A DNA stretch of 61,884 nucleotides from an uncultured Gammaproteobacteria bacterium (GTDB lineage Bacteria > Cyanobacteriota > Vampirovibrionia > Gastranaerophilales > UBA9971), in contig CAZLCO010000007.1 of assembly GCA_964558005.1 (NCBI GenBank), positions 1-61,884 on the forward strand, in the 5' to 3' direction. The position numbers were made by a program, and so were the translations under genes. The notes beneath the pieces were generated by a model. It saw nothing but the letters and a program-made list of their open reading frames with translations, made no database searches and was not told the DNA's origin. Below are positions 35,551 to 44,783 of the stretch, piece after piece (position 1 is the first letter of the stretch; each line of letters opens with the position of its first letter).

Positions 35551-36120
35551 ATGAGTGATGCAAGCCAATTACCTGGAGTAGTACAAAGTTATCATTTATT
35601 AAACCAGTTTAGAAAACAATCCAAGGCTGAAATAGCCAATAATTTGTCATCAGCTACAACTCTTGGCCCGGATGCAGTCAGTGCGGCCAGCAACTTTTCA
35701 CATCTAACCCCTTTTCAGTCTAATCTGAATTTTGCGCTTAGTTCTGTCCTTGACGGCACAAAGTCAATTGGCGATTATTTTCTTCAAAATGCAGACCAGA
35801 TTATACAGAGTGCAGTGGATAATTTTGACATTCCCGGTTTAACAAGCAATAAGCTAGGCATTGCTGAAAATGAAGTTTTAGAAACTTCTGTTCAAAAAAA
35901 CAAGAAAAAATCCGGAAAAACGTCTATTTCTGATGACTTAAAGGCAAGAGCAGATGAAATTGAAGATATATATGAACGGCGTTTTGGGACTGACATCGCT
36001 AAAAAGTCTATATATGAATACGTAGGTAATTCTGCTGAAAAAGTAAAGCAGCTTGAAAAATTGATAAAAACAGGCAGCCGTTCAGATTTTGATAAAATTA
36101 TAAAAAATTCAGATAAATAA
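35551..36120 (+). CDS. Hypothetical protein
   Basis: GGAGA RBS; 189-aa ORF. Confidence 0.7.
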   Translation: MSDASQLPGVVQSYHLLNQFRKQSKAEIANNLSSATTLGPDAVSAASNFSHLTPFQSNLNFALSSVLDGTKSIGDYFLQNADQIIQSAVDNFDIPGLTSNKLGIAENEVLETSVQKNKKKSGKTSISDDLKARADEIEDIYERRFGTDIAKKSIYEYVGNSAEKVKQLEKLIKTGSRSDFDKIIKNSDK

Positions 36121-36123
36121 TTC

Positions 36124-36312
36124 CTATTTAAAATAACTGATAAAATTCTTTATAGACCGGTCATAAGTCTTTTCGCCTTCAGGCGGAAAAAAGCATCCGG
36201 GAATTTCGCCTCTCCTTCGGTGAGAAGTAACACAATCACAGCACATACCTCTTTTTGAACATGAATAGGTACAGGTGCAAAATTTTAAATTTTCCTCTTT
36301 TTTACATTCCAT
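36124..36312 (-). CDS. Small Cys-rich protein (DUF6485-like)
   Basis: CTCTY.C...G.CCDC..H....EIPGCFF....EKTYDRS; AGGAGG RBS. Confidence 0.75.
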   Translation of the reverse strand: MECKKEENLKFCTCTYSCSKRGMCCDCVTSHRRRGEIPGCFFPPEGEKTYDRSIKNFISYFK

Positions 36313-36393
36313 GTTTTTCCTCCTTTCGCAAACATTATATCATCTTTAAGTGGTATAATAGTTCTCAACAGGAGAGCTCAAAAGGAACAAAAA

Positions 36394-39300
36394 ATGATTT
36401 GCCCTAAGTGCAAGGGGAAAAATGCCGAAGATAATAATGTTTGCAGTCACTGTGGCTTTAAGCTGAAAACAATCTGCCCGAGATGTAAGCACCCAAACAC
36501 ACTTGGCCAGCCAAAATGCGCAAATTGCAACCTGACTCTTATAAGGTACTGCTCTAAATGCAAAGCGCCAAATTTTCCGCAAGCAAAAGAATGCAGGAAA
36601 TGCGGGGCACCGCTCCTGAAAAAAAAGGTTGAAGTTAAAAAGGAAGAAAGGCCTGAGCCTGTAATAAAAAAAGAGCCCAAGCCGGAAGTAAAACCGGAAG
36701 TAAAACCGGAACCAACACCCCGGTCTGCTCCTGAACCAGTTTCCAGGAAGCCTCTACCGGAAACAGAAAATAAAGCACAGGAACAGGAAGAAAACTTTGG
36801 CGCTGAATTAAAAAGAGAAGTCACAAGGGAAGAGGCACTAAAAGCACTTACAAATATACTTTCAAAAGCCGATAAAGGCTATGTAATAAGTCTTTGCGCG
36901 CCTGAAGGGACAGGTAAATCTATAACCCTTACCAATACCGCCCAGGCACTGGGCGAGGAGAAAATTACCTGGCTCAGCGGTACCTGCGAGCCTGTAAAAC
37001 AAAATGTACCTTTTGCTTTTTTTAAGGATGTTATAACCAATCTTTTCGGGTTGCCTATTATTTCACTTAATGATAATGAAATAAAAAAATCAGTCAAAAA
37101 AATTCTTGAAACAACACTCGAACTAACAGACCAGTCTGTGTTGGACAACATTTATAAGATTGTCCTGAACGAAGGCGGGGGGCAAAAAGAATCTATTCAT
37201 AAGAATTTTGCTGATATCCAAAAATCAATTCAGGAAATAATTATTGCACTGAATAAAAAAACAAAAGTGGTTTTAATAATAGATGACTTTGAATATATTG
37301 ATAAAGCCTCATTTGATTGTATAAAATACCTGATGAAGAAGAATTTCCTTGATAATAAAAACTTCCTCATTATAACTCACACCCCTGCAACAAATACGGC
37401 AAAACTTTTCCCAACGGAAATATCCCTGCAAAGAATGGTTATTTTAATGGTTAAGCCGCTTACTACGGCAGAACTTGATTCAATATTGCTGAGCATGCTT
37501 AATAGTCAGAATGTTTTGCCGGAGGAGCTAAAATCAAAAATATTCAGGCAAGCTAAAGGCCTGCCGCTTTATGTGGAACAGGCGCTGTGGTATTTGTTCC
37601 AGCAGGGAGCAATTATTCCTGAACAGCAGGGCCTTGTGTTCAATGAACAATTTAAGAATGTTGATATTAATCCTGATCTTGCAGGGTTGTTTATGCAAAG
37701 AGTTGCGCTTGTTGAAAGGACATCCCCTGATGCCTTAAAGACAATTCTTTATGCTGCGTTATTCGGCTATAAATTCATTCCAAAACTGGTTGAAACAGCA
37801 ATGGAAATAAAAGAGGAAGAAATGCAGCAAATAATGCAGCTTCTTATAAACAGCGGTATTTTTGCTGTATATGACCAGTATAACTTTGGGTTCAAGCATA
37901 TAAGCATGTGGAAAATCATCATGGAGAGGGCTTTTAATGATGATATTATAAAAGAATTAAGCGCAAAAGCACTGGCTGTCTCAAAAAATCACCCCAGTAT
38001 TAAAAGTGCACAAATTATAAAACTTGCTGAATACGCTGAAGATAACAAGAACCTCTTTGAGTATTATAACAATGCCGTGCAGGAATCTTTAAACCTCGGC
38101 GATACGCTTTCATATACAGCGAATCAGGTGAAAATGATTGAATTAATAACTAAAACCAATTCCCCGGAAAAGGAAAAAGTTGCGGCTAAACTTTCAATTA
38201 CAGAGCAAATAGGTAAGGTCAATTATGAATCAAACCCTACCATTGCGATAAATTACCTGAAAGAGAGTATAAAAAAATATCATGAGCAGGAAAATAAAGT
38301 TAAAGTAATTGAGCTTACCGGTTACCTGTCAAGGAGCTGTGAGCTTGCGGGGAATTATCAGGGAGTGCTTGATTGCTCTGAACAGGCATTAAAACTGGCA
38401 ACAGAAAAAGAGGAAAATCCGGCTGAAGTTATGCTGATCAATTTTTCAAAGCTCGATTCCTTTTTTAACCTTGGCAGGCTTGAAGAAACAATAATGACAG
38501 CAGAAAACGATGTCCTCCCTTCTCTGGCGGCGGTTATTTCCAAAAATCAGATATTGCCCGGGTTAAGCAAGGATGAAATTAAGGACATTGAATACCAGAC
38601 GGAGCTAACGCTGGCTAAGGCCCTTGTTTTCCAGGGAAATATAAAGGCCGAAGAGTTATTGAAAAAAATACAGGCCCGTGCCGAAAAAGAAAAACAGGCT
38701 GAATTTGAAATAAAAGCACTGCTAAATCAGGCACTAATGCTTACAATACAGGGTGATTTGAGGTCAAGTGAGGAAATACTTGAGAAAATACTCCAGAGGG
38801 ATATTACCAGTGAAAATTCAGATCAAATCCAGCTTGAGTGGTTGTTTGTAATGACCCTGTGGCAAATGCTGGACGGGAATCTGGAAAAAGCACGGTCAAT
38901 CTGTTATTCTGCACTTCCTTTATCTAAAGAATGTAAGGACCATAATCTTTTTGCATTATTGAAACTTTTGAACGGATTTTTCTACCAGCATTTTCAGCAT
39001 ATTAACAATGCAATTGCGATCTATGACGAAGTTGCACATTATTGCTCAGAACATAAAATGGCGACTGGCGCATTGTTTTCCTGGTATCTAGCAGCAGAAG
39101 CCGAGTTGCAGACCGGTAACCCTGAAAGAGCCGAGGAGATAGCCCAGAATGCTCTTGATATTGCTAAAAAACCAAACATAAATAATTTTATGGCTGCTAT
39201 ATTACTGTCAAGGCTTGTGGCAGAAATAAAAATTGTAAACGGCGACTTTGAAGGAGCGCAGATTTATATTGAAACAGGCATAGAAATTGCGGAAAAGAAT

Positions 39301-39543
39301 AACCTGTCATATCCTCTTGTACATTTATACCTGACTTTTGGAAAAATTTATCATGAAAACGCAGCGGTAAAAGAGGAAAATAAGGACGAAAGCTCAAACT
39401 ATGCCCATAGATTGTACACAAAGGCCTTATCTCTCGCTGAAAAGATAGATAATCACTACCTTATAAGCAGGATAGAAAAAGAAATACACAACCTGCAGAC
39501 GTTTTGTAAATTGTCAGGGATAACGCTGAGCGCAGAGGCTTAG
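36394..39543 (+). CDS. Multi zinc-ribbon / P-loop ATPase (AAA_16, STAND-like) / TPR protein
   Basis: Six CxxC pairs, Pro/Glu linker, APEGTGKS, LIIDDFE, GLPLY, C-terminal TPRs. Confidence 0.8.
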   Translation: MICPKCKGKNAEDNNVCSHCGFKLKTICPRCKHPNTLGQPKCANCNLTLIRYCSKCKAPNFPQAKECRKCGAPLLKKKVEVKKEERPEPVIKKEPKPEVKPEVKPEPTPRSAPEPVSRKPLPETENKAQEQEENFGAELKREVTREEALKALTNILSKADKGYVISLCAPEGTGKSITLTNTAQALGEEKITWLSGTCEPVKQNVPFAFFKDVITNLFGLPIISLNDNEIKKSVKKILETTLELTDQSVLDNIYKIVLNEGGGQKESIHKNFADIQKSIQEIIIALNKKTKVVLIIDDFEYIDKASFDCIKYLMKKNFLDNKNFLIITHTPATNTAKLFPTEISLQRMVILMVKPLTTAELDSILLSMLNSQNVLPEELKSKIFRQAKGLPLYVEQALWYLFQQGAIIPEQQGLVFNEQFKNVDINPDLAGLFMQRVALVERTSPDALKTILYAALFGYKFIPKLVETAMEIKEEEMQQIMQLLINSGIFAVYDQYNFGFKHISMWKIIMERAFNDDIIKELSAKALAVSKNHPSIKSAQIIKLAEYAEDNKNLFEYYNNAVQESLNLGDTLSYTANQVKMIELITKTNSPEKEKVAAKLSITEQIGKVNYESNPTIAINYLKESIKKYHEQENKVKVIELTGYLSRSCELAGNYQGVLDCSEQALKLATEKEENPAEVMLINFSKLDSFFNLGRLEETIMTAENDVLPSLAAVISKNQILPGLSKDEIKDIEYQTELTLAKALVFQGNIKAEELLKKIQARAEKEKQAEFEIKALLNQALMLTIQGDLRSSEEILEKILQRDITSENSDQIQLEWLFVMTLWQMLDGNLEKARSICYSALPLSKECKDHNLFALLKLLNGFFYQHFQHINNAIAIYDEVAHYCSEHKMATGALFSWYLAAEAELQTGNPERAEEIAQNALDIAKKPNINNFMAAILLSRLVAEIKIVNGDFEGAQIYIETGIEIAEKNNLSYPLVHLYLTFGKIYHENAAVKEENKDESSNYAHRLYTKALSLAEKIDNHYLISRIEKEIHNLQTFCKLSGITLSAEA

Positions 39544-40379
39544 AATAATCCGTTTTCAATAAATTTGTTTATATATTTAATGGTCTCAGGGTGCCTCATA
39601 ATAACAATATCAGCCCCGGAAACCAGCATAGAGCTTGCGGTAATTGTTTCCCAGGATAATGCCCTTGTTTTAAAGTCGCCCCATTCCAGCGGTACGTTAT
39701 CTGATTTGGCTTCTTTTGTTTTCCATGCCTCTTCTCCAACAAAAGTGACAATCGGCATATTCAGCATTGCGTCACCGTCTTTGGCGGCAATTTTTATCCG
39801 TTCAATTATGCTGTAAGCGTAATCGAGCCCATACCCTAATCCGCCGGTGTTAGGGTCAACAAGGATTTTGTCCGGGTCAAAGCCAATCTCTGTAAGCAAT
39901 ATATTTAACTGTTTCGTTAAATTAATATCTATTGGTGTCCTTGCAATAATATTATGCCCGCATTCGTTTATGGCAGGGGCTATTTCTTTGTAATTTTCTT
40001 CTTCCACTACGCCTATGGTGCATTTTCTGTCAGCAACCTGGGCAAGCTCAGGCAATAATTGGGCATCTAAATCACGTCTGAATGTACCGGTCAGTATGAG
40101 CGGCAGATTGGTTAGCTTTAGTATTTCTTTAAGGTATTCCTTGCTTTGCTTGATATCTTCACTGTTAAACTTTATGTTTAGGGCGGAAAAGCCTGTTTTA
40201 TCGGCTATTCTGACGCATTCCAGCGTGGAGTACAGCTTGTTTCCCCATGCCTGTTTTAAGAGTTCGGGGTAATTTAAAGGTATATTTGTTAAAATTTCGC
40301 AAACAGCGATAGGAGCATTGTCACCGCCGGTTTTCAGCCCATTTAGGTCTACTTCTCTTATTTTCAATTTGGTTTGCAT
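39540..40379 (-). CDS. AcsD/CdhD (corrinoid Fe-S protein small subunit) homologue
   Basis: PIDINL.KQLN, DP.TGGLGYG.DY.YS.IERI, EAWK.KEA, WE..TA, GADI..MRHP. Confidence 0.85.
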   Translation of the reverse strand: MQTKLKIREVDLNGLKTGGDNAPIAVCEILTNIPLNYPELLKQAWGNKLYSTLECVRIADKTGFSALNIKFNSEDIKQSKEYLKEILKLTNLPLILTGTFRRDLDAQLLPELAQVADRKCTIGVVEEENYKEIAPAINECGHNIIARTPIDINLTKQLNILLTEIGFDPDKILVDPNTGGLGYGLDYAYSIIERIKIAAKDGDAMLNMPIVTFVGEEAWKTKEAKSDNVPLEWGDFKTRALSWETITASSMLVSGADIVIMRHPETIKYINKFIENGLF

Positions 40380-40406
40380 TTTAAAATTTTACCTTAAAAT
40401 AGTATT

Positions 40407-41246
40407 ATGCAACAATTCAATCCTAAAAATCCCGAAGAATTTAATTTTTCTGAAATACTATACACCAAAGCCGAGTGGGTCGCCACAATCACCATAAACC
40501 GCACAGAGGTCTACAATGCGTACAGCATAATAACCCTGCAGGAAATGGCAGCCGCATTGCAGGATGCGACATGGGACGATAGTATTGCCGTAATAGTTAT
40601 TACAGGTGCAGGGGACAAGGCATTCTGCACGGGCGGGGACGTTAAGGAATATGCGTCCGAGTTTATCCCGCAGCCGCCGGAGTTCTGGAAGTGGATGGGC
40701 GTATTTACGCAGTTCCACGACCTGCTGCGTAACTGCGGAAAACCAACAATAGCAAGGCTAAATGGCATGGTCGTCGGCGGGGGGAATGAAATAAATATGT
40801 CCTGCGATTTGGCTGTAGCCGCCGAGCACGTAACCATAAAGCAGGTCGGAACAAGCGTTGGCAGCGTTGCAGCGGGCGGGGCAACACAGTTTCTGCCGCT
40901 TATAGTAGGCGACAGGCGGGCAAGGGAGATATTACTTCTCAATGAGCCGATATCAGCGCAAAAAGCTCTTGAGTGGGGGCTGGTAAACTGGGTTGTGCCT
41001 AAAGAAGAGCTGGACACAAAAGTCAGTGAAATCGCTGAAAAGCTGGTGAACAAGTTCCCTGAATGTACCCGCTACACAAAGCAGCAGCTGAACTTCTGGA
41101 AGGATTTCGCATGGAATATGACTATAGGACACGCAAAGGACTGGTTGAGTCTACATTTTGCTTCGGAGGAGGTCAAAGAGGGCATGCAGGGGTTTGTTGA
41201 AAAGCGCAAGCCTGATTATGTAAAAATTCGCAAAAACAAAAAATAA
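40407..41246 (+). CDS. Crotonase of the MenB/BadI/Oah (C-C bond forming or cleaving) type
   Basis: TGAGDKAFCTGGD.KEY, NGMVVGGGNEI..CD, Q.G..VGS...GGAT.FLP. Confidence 0.82.
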   Translation: MQQFNPKNPEEFNFSEILYTKAEWVATITINRTEVYNAYSIITLQEMAAALQDATWDDSIAVIVITGAGDKAFCTGGDVKEYASEFIPQPPEFWKWMGVFTQFHDLLRNCGKPTIARLNGMVVGGGNEINMSCDLAVAAEHVTIKQVGTSVGSVAAGGATQFLPLIVGDRRAREILLLNEPISAQKALEWGLVNWVVPKEELDTKVSEIAEKLVNKFPECTRYTKQQLNFWKDFAWNMTIGHAKDWLSLHFASEEVKEGMQGFVEKRKPDYVKIRKNKK

Positions 41247-41456
41247 TTTTTGATTTTACGAAAAAAATAGTTTTTAAATTTTTTATTTTTTAAAACAACT
41301 TTTGTTATTTTATTTAAATTTTTTATCAATGCTATTGTACCATATTTTGGTTCTTTTTTCAATCGGCGGGGTGGGAAAGTGTTGGGCGGTAATGGTTTTA
41401 GGGATTGCGACGACGGGTGTGTTTTGGTTTTTTCATGAATTTTTGATTAAATTTCC

Positions 41457-41494
41457 CCTTGTTTTACCCTTGTTATTTCCTTGTCGTTTTCTTG
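41457..41494. promoter_or_regulatory. Four (C/T)CTTG direct repeats with 11-bp period
   Basis: CCTTG at 41457, 41468, 41479; TCTTG at 41490. Confidence 0.5.
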
Positions 41495-41583
41495 TTTTTG
41501 TCTGTAATTTTATCTTGTTTTTTGCTTTTTTTGGGGTGCTTAAGGCACGTTCTTATTGGGTTGGAAGGTGATGGGCGGGGATT

Positions 41584-41606
41584 GGGGGTTAGACAACCCA
41601 CCCTAC
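41584..41606 (-). repeat. GTAG-tagged REP-like hairpin
   Basis: On - strand GTAG-GGTGGGTT-GTCT-AACCCCC. Confidence 0.55.
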
Positions 41607-41624
41607 GGATTTCCAGCTGTTGTG

Positions 41625-41664
41625 TGTCATTGCGAGGAGCGAAGCGACGTGGCAATCTGTCCAG
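41625..41664 (+). repeat. Long CGTC-type palindrome, left end of cassette 2
   Basis: TGTCATTGCGAGGAGCGAAGCGACGTGGCAATCTGTCCAG. Confidence 0.88.
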
Positions 41665-41717
41665 AGTTTTTAATCAGCAATATTTTGTTTTATAATTTCT
41701 AAAATGAGGACTGTTTA

Positions 41718-42359
41718 ATGAAGTTGGATGAAACAATACTAAAGTGCTTTGAAGAGCTAGTAAGCAAAGCAAACACGCCGGAATATTTTTTTGATGAAGA
41801 TGATAATGAAAAATTCTATGAATGGGCAACTTCTGTAATAAGTTTGTTTCAAAGAATATTTAATTCAAATGATATTCAACTTGTAAATTTTATAGAACAA
41901 TATAATGAATTTAAAGTAAGTCCATTTGAGCATGAACAAAAATTCAAAAATTGCAGAGGAATTTTAAATTCTGCATACAATGACTACAAAAACGGTTATC
42001 TGTTCAAAGTTAAAACCTTAATCAGTGCAGAAGTACTGGATAATGTTATTGAACAAGCCGAAGAACTTTATAAAAATAATTACAAAGAAGCAGCCTGTAT
42101 TATTGCAGGTGTTGCGCTTGAAACAACGCTAAGAAAATTATGTGAAGATAATGGAATTGAGTCTGCGAAAATGGATAAAATGAACGCTGATTTGGCTAAA
42201 GCAAATAAATATAATAAATCAAAACAAAAACAAATAACTGCATGGGCAGGGTTGAGAAATGACGCTGCTCATGGAGATTGGGACAGCGCAAATGATAATC
42301 AGGTCAAGCCAATGATTGACGGTGTAAATGCTTTTATGGCTGATTATTTAAACCCATAA
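41718..42359 (+). CDS. AT-rich HEPN/DUF4145-like protein
   Basis: A.EL.....KEAACIIAGVALETTLRKLC, WAGLRNDAAHG (RxxxxH); GAGGA RBS. Confidence 0.82.
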   Translation: MKLDETILKCFEELVSKANTPEYFFDEDDNEKFYEWATSVISLFQRIFNSNDIQLVNFIEQYNEFKVSPFEHEQKFKNCRGILNSAYNDYKNGYLFKVKTLISAEVLDNVIEQAEELYKNNYKEAACIIAGVALETTLRKLCEDNGIESAKMDKMNADLAKANKYNKSKQKQITAWAGLRNDAAHGDWDSANDNQVKPMIDGVNAFMADYLNP

Positions 42360-42365
42360 TTGGGA

Positions 42366-42404
42366 AGATTGCGGCGTCGGGCTAAAGCCCTCCTCGCAAT
42401 GACA
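42366..42404 (-). repeat. Long CGTC-type palindrome, right end of cassette 2
   Basis: AGATTGCGGCGTCGGGCTAAAGCCCTCCTCGCAATGACA, inverted relative to 41625. Confidence 0.85.
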
Positions 42405-42440
42405 GCGAGACATTAACCTCAAATATAAGGACAAATTTTA

Positions 42441-44783
42441 ATGAAACTTATCTCCCTTAAACTTGAAAACTTTCGCCAGCACGAGGACTCTTACCTCGAA
42501 TTTAACGACGGCATCACCATAATAAGCGGTACAAACGGCGCGGGCAAAAGCACAATCCTAGAGGCAATAACCTGGGCGCTGTACGGCACAGAGGCCGCAC
42601 GTGGCAACAAGGACACTATAAAGTTCAACAGGGCAAAACCCCGCTCAAAAGTTATGGTAGAGCTTATGTTTGAATTGGATGGAACTACTTATTGGGTGGT
42701 GAGGTATCTGGAAAAGGCCGAGGTCTATGTTGGCAAGGAAGAAGCGCCGGTCGTGACTTCGCAGCAGGAGGTTACAAAGTATTTGACAGAAAAAATCGGC
42801 ATGAACAGGAATGAGTTTTTTAATACCTACTTCACCGGGCAAAAAGAACTGAATTTTATGAAAAATCAGGGCCCGACAGAACGAAGAAAGTTTATATCAA
42901 AGGTCATGAGCTTTGATAAAATACGTGAAGCCCAGGAAAAAGCAAGAATTGACAAAAACAAACTTGAAAATGAAATCAGGGGGCTGAGCCAGGGGCTTGA
43001 TAACCTTGAAGAGCTTGAAAAAGAGAAGAAGGACGTTAATATAAAACTGACTGAAATCAAGGCACAGCTTGATAATAAGCAAAAAAAATTCAACAGGATA
43101 TCTGATGAGGTGGCTAAAATAGAGCCTGAATGGGAAAAAATTAAGGCAAAAAAAGAAAAATTCGATAAAACAAGCTGGGAAATTAATTCCCAAAAGGATA
43201 AACAGCAATATTTGCAAAAAAATGAAGAGAATTTGTCAGGGCAGTTAAAATCCCTTGAAGAAAAGACAAAGAAACTGGCCGGGCTTGCGCATGTGGAAAG
43301 TGAATACAAAAATATTGAGCAGAAAATAAAAGATCAGGAAGCTCTTCAGGAAAAAGATGCGCTGCGGCAGAAATATTTAACTCGCCTGGAAGGTTCAAGC
43401 GGGGAAATAAAGGAAAAGCAGGCGCAGCTTGAGGAAATAGTCAAATCAGGCAAGGATAAAAAGGCGCAAATAGAGAAATTGCCTGCAATAGAAAAGGAAA
43501 TCGCTGAATTAAACGCTAAAATTCAGGAAATAGAGATAAATTTAAAGGAAATACAAAAAATTGAAAAACAGCTCGCCGTAATAACTGAAAAAGGCCCGGA
43601 GGGCATTTGCCCGACGTGCGAGCGGCCGCTAAAAGACGAATATGACAAAGTAACCGGGAACTTTAAAGCGCAGATTACGGAATTATCCAAAGGGAGCGAA
43701 GCTCTGAGCGCATTAAAAAACCAAAAATCTGATAAGGAAAAGGGAAAGAATACTTTAACTCTCCTGCAGGGTGATTATGAGGCCGAAAAAAGGCGGTATT
43801 TAACCGTAAAAAACGAAATAGAAACAAAAAATCAGGAAATTGAAAAAATTAATAAAGAGCTGGCGGGGATGTCAGATGTGTTTAATATCGAGGCACTGAA
43901 AGCTTTGAGAGAGCAAATAGTCCCGCTGCAAAAAAAATATAATGAATTTTTATCGTTAAAAGGCGAAACATCAGGGTTTGAGCGGATAAAAAAAGAGCTG
44001 GAAGAGTTGCTAAAAGCAAAATATGAAACGGAAGATAAGCTTAAAGCCCTGTCTGAAGGACTAAAAACGCTGGAATACTCAGAAGAAAAATTCAGGGAAG
44101 CTGAAAAAAATTACAAGGAAGTTAAGGACGGTTTTTATAAAGAAAAGGAAGAACTCCTGAAAACACAGGGGGAAGAAAAAATAATCCTCGGGGAGCTTGA
44201 CCGGATAAGCAGAATAGAGCAGTCAAACGCTGAAAAGCAAAAATTAATAAATGAAAAGCAGGAACGGTTTAACTTATTATACGAACTTGACCGGTTTTAT
44301 GGGCAATTATGGGAAAAATTAAACAATGAAGTGCGCCCGGAAATAGCGGATTTAGCTGGGAAGTTCCTTTCAGACCTTACGGATAACCGCTATTCAGAGC
44401 TTGAAATAACCGAAAAATACGATATCCAGTTGCATGACGAAGGCGAGATTAAGCAGGTCATTTCCGGCGGGGAAGAGGACATAGTTAATCTGTGCATAAG
44501 GCTGGCTATTTCCCAGATTATAGCGCACAGGTCAGGGAAGGCATTATCATTGCTGATTCTGGATGAGATATTCGGCTCGCTTGACGAGAGCAGGCGTAAT
44601 AACGTCATAACCCTGCTTAGAAAGCTCACAGGCAACTTTGAGCAGGTCATATTAATAACCCATATCGACGATATGAAAGACGAAACAGATCATATAATAT
44701 CGTTAGAGTTTGACCCGGAGAGCGGGAGCTCAAAGGTTGTAAATACAGAAGCAGAAGAAATGGTACCGGAACTGGTTGGCTAG
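42441..44783 (+). CDS. sbcC: SbcC/Rad50-like SMC ATPase
   Basis: GTNGAGKS, zinc hook CPTC, ISGGE signature, LLILDE, LITH. Confidence 0.9.
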   Translation: MKLISLKLENFRQHEDSYLEFNDGITIISGTNGAGKSTILEAITWALYGTEAARGNKDTIKFNRAKPRSKVMVELMFELDGTTYWVVRYLEKAEVYVGKEEAPVVTSQQEVTKYLTEKIGMNRNEFFNTYFTGQKELNFMKNQGPTERRKFISKVMSFDKIREAQEKARIDKNKLENEIRGLSQGLDNLEELEKEKKDVNIKLTEIKAQLDNKQKKFNRISDEVAKIEPEWEKIKAKKEKFDKTSWEINSQKDKQQYLQKNEENLSGQLKSLEEKTKKLAGLAHVESEYKNIEQKIKDQEALQEKDALRQKYLTRLEGSSGEIKEKQAQLEEIVKSGKDKKAQIEKLPAIEKEIAELNAKIQEIEINLKEIQKIEKQLAVITEKGPEGICPTCERPLKDEYDKVTGNFKAQITELSKGSEALSALKNQKSDKEKGKNTLTLLQGDYEAEKRRYLTVKNEIETKNQEIEKINKELAGMSDVFNIEALKALREQIVPLQKKYNEFLSLKGETSGFERIKKELEELLKAKYETEDKLKALSEGLKTLEYSEEKFREAEKNYKEVKDGFYKEKEELLKTQGEEKIILGELDRISRIEQSNAEKQKLINEKQERFNLLYELDRFYGQLWEKLNNEVRPEIADLAGKFLSDLTDNRYSELEITEKYDIQLHDEGEIKQVISGGEEDIVNLCIRLAISQIIAHRSGKALSLLILDEIFGSLDESRRNNVITLLRKLTGNFEQVILITHIDDMKDETDHIISLEFDPESGSSKVVNTEAEEMVPELVG

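Noticed and set aside
5864-41246. Both HEPN cassettes sit next to a crotonase gene
   Set aside because: Orientation and distance differ and no shared target sequence is visible; with two cases this is probably coincidence.
41302-41695. ORFs 41302-41571, 41459-41695 and 41473-41655
   Set aside because: Low-complexity T/G-rich intergenic DNA and repeat read-through.
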